64,000 nt of DNA from Candidatus Parcubacteria bacterium. GTDB lineage: Bacteria; Patescibacteriota; Minisyncoccia; Phycocordibacterales; UBA12088. The notes under the pieces are model-generated. The model was given only the letters and a program-made list of their open reading frames with translations, had not been told where the DNA came from and made no database searches. This document shows positions 19,310 through 26,312 of the stretch, one piece after another. The stretch's first letter is position 1, and every line of letters starts with the position of its first letter. The stretch is taken from assembly GCA_003694545.1 (NCBI GenBank), contig RFKD01000051.1:4505-68504 (forward strand), read 5' to 3'. Both the position numbers and the translations under genes were made by a program.

Positions 19310-19870
19310 TCAATATTGGCGGGATACGCCGCCTTGCCCCCCTGTGATAAGCCATTCTGATGATGCGTTGGGGTCATTCCAAGGCGAATCCATACAGGCA
19401 TCCCCTGAAGGACCAGCTGAAACCAACCCCCTCACGAGCAGCATATAGCGCGCTGGGCACCCCCAATAGGTGCCGTTCCACGCGTAGTAATGGGGAGTGT
19501 AGCCTTGAGGAAATTGAGGTATTTTAGGCAAAAAGGCAACATTGTTGGGATTTACCACCCTGCCACCCCCGATATCAACGCGGCCCTCCAAAAACCTCAT
19601 AAAACCATTGCCATTGGTAGGTGTATCCCAACAGCACGAGTTGCCCACATCGTAACCGCCTGTGGGGACAGGGTAAAATCCATACTCAGCATAAAACATC
19701 TCCAAAGCTTTTTGTAATTCGCGCAATGAAGCAAGCGCGTAGGCATCTCTTGCTTTTGCCCGGGCGCTGTTCACCGAGGCAAACACAATTGAAGAAAGCA
19801 ATCCAACAATCGCTATCACTACGAGAAGTTCTATGAGGGTGAATCCTGTGCTTTTCGTATGAATCGGCAT
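19310..19870 (-). CDS. type IV pilin-like protein (prepilin N-terminal methylation motif)
   Basis: GFTLIELLVVIAIVGLLSSIVFAS class III signal peptide immediately after a short leader. Start trimmed to MPIHTKST. Confidence 0.8.
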   Translation of the reverse strand: MPIHTKSTGFTLIELLVVIAIVGLLSSIVFASVNSARAKARDAYALASLRELQKALEMFYAEYGFYPVPTGGYDVGNSCCWDTPTNGNGFMRFLEGRVDIGGGRVVNPNNVAFLPKIPQFPQGYTPHYYAWNGTYWGCPARYMLLVRGLVSAGPSGDACMDSPWNDPNASSEWLITGGQGGVSRQY

Positions 19871-20329
19871 ATATGCGCTCATCATAACGACCACAGCGAA
19901 GCTGTCAACACACCGTCAGCAGGTCCGTTGCTTTGTGGCGGTAACGAAAAACAACTTTTGTTCTCCCTTTCACAAAGGCACGATTCTTGACCTGGAGTTT
20001 TGAAGTTTTGATATGTTGCAGGTTTTACGAGCTGGCGTCATAGATGTTTGAAGGTATGTTTCCCCATCTCCTTGATTTTGTGCAGAATACTGGAAAAATA
20101 GCTCAAAATGCCCCCGCCGCCGAGGTGGCGGTTGCTGGCTCGGTGCGTCCGGCTCAAACAATATCGAACTCGGCGAAACCGCTCCGCTGACAATATCAAA
20201 TTTTTGGCGGACTAGGTACGAGCGTGCCGAGCACACACAATTCTGTTCTGTTCTTTCAAAAAATAAGAGCCGCGTCACGAGGAATGCGGCTCGACTAGAG
20301 AACACTATTGCGTTTCTTCTTCGCGTTCG

Positions 20330-20959
20330 TTAGAAGGTCATGCGGGGGACGGTAAGAGTCATCACTCCAATGGCCCTGACCGCGGTGGCCATATGGTCTA
20401 TGACACCGCGAATCGTGGAGAGCGTTTCCTTCAGAATTTGATCGCACTTCGCGAAGTCGTGCTTCTCGCTCTCGGAATTACAGTAGTCAGACTGAACGAC
20501 GCGTTGCGTTGCCCAGCGCCCGGCAGTCTCTCCAGCATCGGCTGACATGACCAGCACTTCGCCAGCAAATGAGGCCCAGTCATTGATCTTCTCGACGAGA
20601 GACTGCGGCACGGGTGTACCTGGCACGCCATCCTTCATCTCGTCGAGAAGCTCCTGGCCGCGAGCGACCACGACTTCGCTGAGCAGAACCACTTGTGCGT
20701 ATTTGTCGAGTGTCTCGGCGTAAAGCCGCGACACCTCGGTGCCGTCCTGATTCGCGTCCTCGCGGGCGCGGAGGGCGGACAGCATCGTATGCAGGTAGAA
20801 TTCGGCGGTCTTCTCGGATACGCCGAACTGGGCGACGATCTCGGGCTTCTTCTGATTGACGAATACCGTGACCTTGTCCTTGCTCTGAGCGTTGGCTGAG
20901 AGCGGGGCAAGAGTCGCGAACGCGATGGCAAAGATCGTGTAGAGCGTGCGAGCAGACAT
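20330..20959 (-). CDS. hypothetical secreted protein
   Basis: Sec-type signal peptide MSARTLYTIFAIAFATLAPLSANAQ. No known domain. Confidence 0.5.
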   Translation of the reverse strand: MSARTLYTIFAIAFATLAPLSANAQSKDKVTVFVNQKKPEIVAQFGVSEKTAEFYLHTMLSALRAREDANQDGTEVSRLYAETLDKYAQVVLLSEVVVARGQELLDEMKDGVPGTPVPQSLVEKINDWASFAGEVLVMSADAGETAGRWATQRVVQSDYCNSESEKHDFAKCDQILKETLSTIRGVIDHMATAVRAIGVMTLTVPRMTF

Positions 20960-21187
20960 GATGCCCTCCCTGTTGCTCGTGGCAGTTCATTAATATTGTA
21001 CACCTAAATCACTCCCGTGTCAAGTATTTACGATGCACTAGAAATTGCCTTATTTAGCAATATATTTTGGATTGTATGTCCCAAAATTCCTTTTTCCCAA
21101 TGCAAAACCAATATTCAAATGGGAGTGTGGGCATATTGCGCGAGCCGCGGAGCGAAGTTAAGCGGCAAGCGCTGGATAGCATTCCTG

Positions 21188-21387
21188 TCTGGTGCGGGTA
21201 GGGGAAATCGGTCGCCAGTTCTAAGCAAATTCACCGCCTGCGGCGTCTCATTTGCTAAGAACTTGCGACCCCGGCTTCGGAGCAACCCAAACGCGAGTTT
21301 GGGGATCCGCTGCGCCTCAGTTCGATTTCCCCATCGAGCTACAAAATCATAGTTGGCGAATGCTTCGCATCCACCTCCTTGATTTTG
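21188..21387. repeat. tRNA-Gly-associated palindromic repeat element, copy 1 (homologous to 51915-52124)
   Basis: Begins with a copy of the last roughly 17 nt of tRNA-Gly as it appears on the + strand (tgcgggtaggggaaatcgg). It contains a conserved core CCAGTTCTAAGCAAATTC-N-GAATTTGCTAAGAACT (14-bp imperfect inverted repeat around a CCGCCTGCGGCG mini-hairpin) and an inverted T-arm/acceptor-like segment (CTCAGTTCGATTTCCCC...CAAAATCATAG). It ends at the real tRNA 3' end. Confidence 0.6.
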
Positions 21388-21458
21388 TGCGGGTAGGGGG
21401 AATTGAACCCCCGTCTCATCCATGGCAAGGATGCGTTCTACCACTAAACTATACCCGC
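21388..21458 (-). tRNA. tRNA-Gly (anticodon GCC)
   Basis: Reverse complement reads GCGGGTA TA GTTT AGTGGTA GAAC G CATCC TTGCCAT GGATG AGAC GGGGG TTCAATT CCCCC TACCCGC A. Clean cloverleaf, CCA not encoded. Confidence 0.9.
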
Positions 21459-21797
21459 CCAATCTTTAGCGTAGCAAACACGCAAGCTTAGTTCAAGCAA
21501 GCACGCTCGGGCGCATCTCGCAGGGGAGGGGGAGAGCGGCCAGGTGCTTCGGAAACGGCGGCGTTTATAAAAACGCCAAAAAGTCTCAAAACGCCAATGT
21601 CCTTGTGGATAGCGCTGTGGATAGGTGGATAAATCGAAGTCTCCTATGAAAAACAAGGGTTTTTTATAGGTTGTAAGTTGTCTTTAACCTTTACATGCCG
21701 TCTTTTCCGGATCGTATAACCACGCGAGTTGTTGATAACTGAAGGTGTGTCTCACTTGCTGGTCTGCGGAAGCGGGTGTGCTACAGTACTTTCGCGT

Positions 21798-22226
21798 ATG
21801 CGAAACAGGCGCGCCCAACGCCGGTTTGGCCTCTTGGCGCAGGCGCTCGCGGAGCGGTTTTTGGTGGAACGCAAAGGGTGGCACATTTTGGCGCGCAACG
21901 AACGCTCCGGTAGAGCGGAAGCAGATCTTATTGGAAAAGCGCCGGACGGATCACTGCGCGCGGTGGAGGAGAAGGGGGCGCGCGGTGCGATTGACGGGGA
22001 GGGGAATGTTCTGCGCGCTCCGTCCATCTTGCCCGTTGAACACCTCACGCGCGAGCAAATGGCGCGCGTGGCGCGCGTGCTGCGCGATTGGCGGGTAAAA
22101 GGCGGCGCTCACAAAAAGGCGGGCGCGGGGAAATGGGCCGTGGATGTGTGCCTCGTTATTGTTGACGAGCAAACCGCTCGCGCCCGCGTTGAACATCTGG
22201 AAGCTCTGATTGAGGGGCAGGGGTAA
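21798..22226 (+). CDS. YraN (UPF0102) family putative endonuclease
   Basis: AERFLVERKGWHILARNERSGRAEADLIGKAPDGSLRAVEEKGARG matches the YraN core (..GE.DLI.......VEVK.R). Start set to the Met at 21798. Confidence 0.65.
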   Translation: MRNRRAQRRFGLLAQALAERFLVERKGWHILARNERSGRAEADLIGKAPDGSLRAVEEKGARGAIDGEGNVLRAPSILPVEHLTREQMARVARVLRDWRVKGGAHKKAGAGKWAVDVCLVIVDEQTARARVEHLEALIEGQG

Positions 22227-22289
22227 GGTCAAGCTAGAGGTAGGGGGGAATATTCCTTTTAGAGGCGTTTTGTGGCATAGTGCAAGAGG

Positions 22290-22363
22290 CGGGGTGTGGT
22301 GTAATGGTAGCACGCATGCTTTGGGTGCATGTAGTCCGAGTTCGAGTCTCGGCACCCCGACCA
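22290..22363 (+). tRNA. tRNA-Pro (anticodon TGG), CCA encoded
   Basis: CGGGGTG TG GTGT AATGGTA GCAC G CATGC TTTGGGT GCATG TAGT CCGAG TTCGAGT CTCGG CACCCCG A CCA. The AT-rich island begins immediately downstream. Confidence 0.9.
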
Positions 22364-22485
22364 GATGCAACTTTTATTAATTCTGCGAGAAGATGTTTGC
22401 TCGCTCCGCCTCGCTAACGCTCGGCTCCGCTCGCATTTTTCCTTATATTTCGAGATTAAATCAAAGGGCTTTTGAAAATCAAAAA

Positions 22486-22782
22486 TCAGTTTTCTATCCA
22501 GCAGGCGGCGGTTCGTTCCAATTTTCCCGCAACAGATTTTATTTCATCAAAAGCGTCTGACGAAGCCAGTTCTTCAGCGTGATGAGCGGATAAAATCCAC
22601 TCTTTCAATGGTTCAATCCAATTGTTTCCCTTTCGCCCAAAATCAGCCTTTCTTTTGTTAAGGTCTGTTTTTGTTTTAATGAGCTCGTCTTTTTTGGCAA
22701 GATACGTTTCTTTTTCAATACTGCCGTCCAAAAAGGCGTTGACCAATCTATTCAACTTTTGCTGGGTTTCCTCTTGTCCCAA
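22486..22782 (-). pseudogene. 5'-truncated remnant of a large serine recombinase (C-terminal coiled-coil segment only)
   Basis: NRLVNAFLDGSIEKETYLAKKDELIKTKTDLNKRK resembles the C-terminal coiled-coil of large serine recombinases (..AYLDGxIsKEEYlxKKxELexexxeL..). There is no catalytic N-domain. It lies 120 nt from the tRNA-Pro 3' end. Confidence 0.4.
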
Positions 22783-22822
22783 TCTTCCCGTGCGCGGGCG
22801 ACAAAGTGGAACTCCCTATTTG

Positions 22823-22851
22823 TTGACTAAAGCAAAAATAATTCATATACT
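22823..22851 (+). promoter_or_regulatory. sigma70-like promoter for the XRE gene and the downstream defence operon (TTGACT-17 nt-TATACT)
   Basis: -35 TTGACT at 22823-22828, a 17-nt spacer, and -10 TATACT at 22846-22851, about 55 nt upstream of the XRE start. The region is AT-rich, so a chance match is possible. Confidence 0.35.
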
Positions 22852-22907
22852 ACCAATATAAGCAAGAACTTGAGTATACATAACTATATTAATAAAGTTT
22901 TATAATT

Positions 22908-23117
22908 ATGCCAAAGAGTAAAGCAACTATCGGCGAGAATATACGGAAGTACCGCCTGCAAAAAAATATGTCGCAAGACCGCCTGTCTAAATTGGCGGAT
23001 GTCGCTTTTCATACCATCGTCAAGATAGAATCCGGCGAGACGCCAAATCCTACAATAGAAACGGTCAGGAAAATCGCCGCCGCGCTTGGCGTGAGTATTG
23101 ATGATTTAATGAAGTAA
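22908..23117 (+). CDS. XRE-family helix-turn-helix transcriptional regulator (Cro/C1-type)
   Basis: IGENIRKYRLQKNMSQDRLSKLADVAFHTIVKIESGETPNPTIETVRKIAAALGVSIDDL, a canonical HTH_XRE. Its stop is 2 nt before the start of the next gene. Confidence 0.85.
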   Translation: MPKSKATIGENIRKYRLQKNMSQDRLSKLADVAFHTIVKIESGETPNPTIETVRKIAAALGVSIDDLMK

Positions 23118-23119
23118 CT

Positions 23120-26100
23120 ATGACGAACCATTCCGATCTCACATTTATCACAAACGAAGAAGGACAGAATCTCCTCGAGCGTTTCAGGGTGTTGATAAAA
23201 GACACCGAGTTCTTTGATGTCCTTGTAGGCTATTTCTATACCAGCGGCTTTTATACCCTATATAAATCATTGGAGAAAACTAAAAAAATCAGGATTCTTA
23301 TCGGCATCAGCACCAACCGGCAGACACTTGATCTGATAGAAAAGGCAGAGCAACAGGAGCTTACATTCTCCCATGCGGAGACGAAGGAACACTTTTCCAA
23401 TCTGCTTGCTGGAGAAATGGAGAGCGCGGAGGACAGCAGAAAAGTAGAAGAAGGGGTTACAAAGTTTATGGAGTGGTTGCAAAACGGAAAACTCGAAATC
23501 AGGGCGTATCCGACAGAAAATATCCACGCCAAGCTTTACATTATGACTTTTGTAGAGAGCGACAGAGACGTCGGGAGGGTCATCACAGGTTCAAGCAATT
23601 TTACCTACTCAGGCTTAGTGGAAAATCTTGAGTTCAATGTGGAGTTGAAAAACCGCGCTGATTATGAATTCGCCAAAGAAAGATTTGAGGAGCTTTGGAA
23701 AGAAGCTGTTGACGTCAGCGAAAAATACATTCAGACGATTCAGGAAAAAACCTGGCTCAACCCGAATGTAACCCCCTATGAGCTATACCTAAAATTTCTG
23801 TACGAATATTTTAAAGACGAGTTAAGCCAAACCGATGAAATGTTTTGTCGCTACTTACCCCACGACTTCAGGAAACTTGAATATCAGGAGCAAGCGGTTT
23901 TAAACGCCAAAAAAATCCTCGAGGAATACGGTGGTGTATTCATTTCGGATGTTGTGGGTTTGGGAAAGACTTACATTTCAGCCATGATCGCCGGTCAGCT
24001 TGACGGCAGAACGCTGGTCATCGCTCCGCCGGTTTTGCTTGACAAAACAAATCCCGGCTCATGGCCAAATGTGTTTTCCGATTTTCGGATTTCGGCGGAC
24101 TTTGAGTCCATTGGAAAATTAGACGATATCCTGCGCAGAGGAACAGAAAAATACAAGAACATTATTATAGATGAAGCCCATCGATTCCGCACGGAAACCA
24201 ACATCACCTACGAAAAATTAGCCGAAATCTGTCGAGGCAAGCGAGTGATTCTGGTCACAGCCACGCCGTACAACAATTCCCCAAAAGACATCTTAAGCCA
24301 GATAAAGCTGTTCCAAAAAGCAAGGAGAAGCACGATTCCCAATCTGCCTGATTTGGAAGGCTTCTTTGGAGGATTGGAGAGGAAGCTTAAAAAGCTCGAC
24401 AGGCAAAAAGATTACTCCGAATACATCAGAGTAGTTAAAGAGAATGCCAAAGAAATCCGCGAGAAGGTGCTCAAGTATTTGATGGTGCGTCGCACCAGAA
24501 CTGAAATCTTAAAATACTTTCCCGATGATTTGGCTAAGCAAAATCTCAAGTTTCCGGATGTCGATGATCCAATGCCGCTTTTTTACCAGCTTAATGAAGA
24601 AGAAGACAAAATATTCAACACAACCATAGAGATGATTACCAAAAAATTTACTTACGCTCGTTACACGCCACTTTTGCCAAAATACTATAAAGGTTCAATT
24701 GACCTTTTTGAGGAACAATCCCAGAAGAACATGGGTAAGTTCATGAAGATTCTTTTGGTGAAACGGCTTGAGAGCAGCTTCTTTGCTTTCAAGCAATCAA
24801 TTGGCCGCTTTATCTCCTCTTATGAGATGTTTATCAAAGAGTTCAAAAAGGGACATGTTTATATCAGTAAAAAATACGCGAACAAGATTTTTGAATATCT
24901 GGAAAATGATGATGACGAAGCCATCCAAAAGCTGATCGATGGGGGTAAAGCCGAAAGATACGACAGCGAGGATTTTACCGAAGACTTTATCAAAGATCTG
25001 GAAAGCGATCTCACTATATTGACCACTATCTTATCTCTCTGGCAAAACATTAAACGAGATCCCAAACTACTCACGTTCCTTGATGAACTTTCAAAAAATA
25101 AAATACTCCAAAATAAGCTCATCGTTTTTACCGAATCAAGAGAAACCGCCGAATATCTGGCAAGAAATATCAATAATAAATTTGGAGACATCACGCTTTG
25201 TTTTACTGGCAGATCAGAAGAAGCCACCCGCGATAAAGTGATCGATAATTTTGATGCAAAAGTGCGCCATCCCAAAGACGATTATCGCATTCTGGTTTCG
25301 ACCGAGGTCTTGTCAGAGGGCGTCAACCTGCATCGCTCCAATGTGGTCGTAAATTATGACATACCCTGGAATCCAACCCGCATGATGCAAAGGGTCGGAC
25401 GCATCAACAGGATCGATACGACGTTCGACAAAATCTATACTTTTAATTTTTTCCCAACCAAACAATCGAACGACCAGATCAAACTCAAAGAAGCGGCAGA
25501 GGCTAAAATCAATGCTTTTCTTACATTGCTAGGCGGCGATGCGGCGTTGTTAACTGAAGGCGAACCGGTTGACTCACATGAGCTTTTCAATCGGTTAATC
25601 TCCAAAAAGACCCTGATTGGCGAAGACGAAACCGAAGAAAGCGAGCTTAAGTATTTGCAAGTGATTAAAAATATTCGGGACAAAAACCCTGACCTATTTG
25701 AAAAAATCAAGCGTTTGCCCAAGAAAGTCCGGACAGCAAAAAAGGATGTTGGACATCGAGATTCACTGGTAACTTATTTCAGGCGTGGCAAGCTACAGAA
25801 ATTTTTTATAGCTGATCAAAGCTCGGTTGCCAGGGAACTTGATTTTATAAGTGCTGCACGTATACTCGCAAGTGCCAGTGATGATAAAAAACAAAAACTG
25901 CCGGAAAAGTTTTTTGACCTTCTGGATAAAAATAAAGAGGCTTTTCTTCGTGCCACTACCGAAGAGATGGTTGAACCCGTAAAAAAACGTGGTCATGACA
26001 GCGCCGCACAATTGCTCAAAATTCTCAAAGCTACAGTGGGGAACACACAACCGTTCACGGACGAGCAGGAGCAGTATATTAAACAGGTCATCGTCCAGTT

Positions 26101-26308
26101 GGAGGAAGGCGGTTTACCTAGGCAAACAGTCAAAGAAACCCTCAAGGCGCTGAATGAACTCAAGCAGGATTTAATTAACCCGTTTAAAGTGCTGGCTACA
26201 CTGCAAAGCCACATCCCCGAGCAATTTTTACGACAGCACTATGCAGAGCAGAATCCGCGTTCAGTCGGGAAAAGGGAAGTGATTCTATCAATGTATTTAA
26301 CAGGATAA
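23120..26308 (+). CDS. PLD-family (HKD) nuclease domain fused to an SNF2-family helicase (putative restriction / DNA-translocase subunit)
   Basis: N-terminal PLD-like region (KKIRILIGIST...NIHAKLYIMTF...VITGSSNFTYSGL: HxK...GSxN). SNF2 motifs I GLGKTYIS, II IIIDEAHRFR, III VILVTATPYNN, and helicase-C motifs LVSTEVLSEGVNL and NPTRMMQRVGRINR. Confidence 0.85.
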   Translation: MTNHSDLTFITNEEGQNLLERFRVLIKDTEFFDVLVGYFYTSGFYTLYKSLEKTKKIRILIGISTNRQTLDLIEKAEQQELTFSHAETKEHFSNLLAGEMESAEDSRKVEEGVTKFMEWLQNGKLEIRAYPTENIHAKLYIMTFVESDRDVGRVITGSSNFTYSGLVENLEFNVELKNRADYEFAKERFEELWKEAVDVSEKYIQTIQEKTWLNPNVTPYELYLKFLYEYFKDELSQTDEMFCRYLPHDFRKLEYQEQAVLNAKKILEEYGGVFISDVVGLGKTYISAMIAGQLDGRTLVIAPPVLLDKTNPGSWPNVFSDFRISADFESIGKLDDILRRGTEKYKNIIIDEAHRFRTETNITYEKLAEICRGKRVILVTATPYNNSPKDILSQIKLFQKARRSTIPNLPDLEGFFGGLERKLKKLDRQKDYSEYIRVVKENAKEIREKVLKYLMVRRTRTEILKYFPDDLAKQNLKFPDVDDPMPLFYQLNEEEDKIFNTTIEMITKKFTYARYTPLLPKYYKGSIDLFEEQSQKNMGKFMKILLVKRLESSFFAFKQSIGRFISSYEMFIKEFKKGHVYISKKYANKIFEYLENDDDEAIQKLIDGGKAERYDSEDFTEDFIKDLESDLTILTTILSLWQNIKRDPKLLTFLDELSKNKILQNKLIVFTESRETAEYLARNINNKFGDITLCFTGRSEEATRDKVIDNFDAKVRHPKDDYRILVSTEVLSEGVNLHRSNVVVNYDIPWNPTRMMQRVGRINRIDTTFDKIYTFNFFPTKQSNDQIKLKEAAEAKINAFLTLLGGDAALLTEGEPVDSHELFNRLISKKTLIGEDETEESELKYLQVIKNIRDKNPDLFEKIKRLPKKVRTAKKDVGHRDSLVTYFRRGKLQKFFIADQSSVARELDFISAARILASASDDKKQKLPEKFFDLLDKNKEAFLRATTEEMVEPVKKRGHDSAAQLLKILKATVGNTQPFTDEQEQYIKQVIVQLEEGGLPRQTVKETLKALNELKQDLINPFKVLATLQSHIPEQFLRQHYAEQNPRSVGKREVILSMYLTG

Positions 26309-26312
26309 TAAT

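Noticed and set aside
21115-21462. 115-aa ORF with a homologue at 51840..52181
   Set aside because: The similarity is at nucleotide level. It arises because both overlap a tRNA-Gly gene and the shared palindromic repeat element, so they are not protein-coding.
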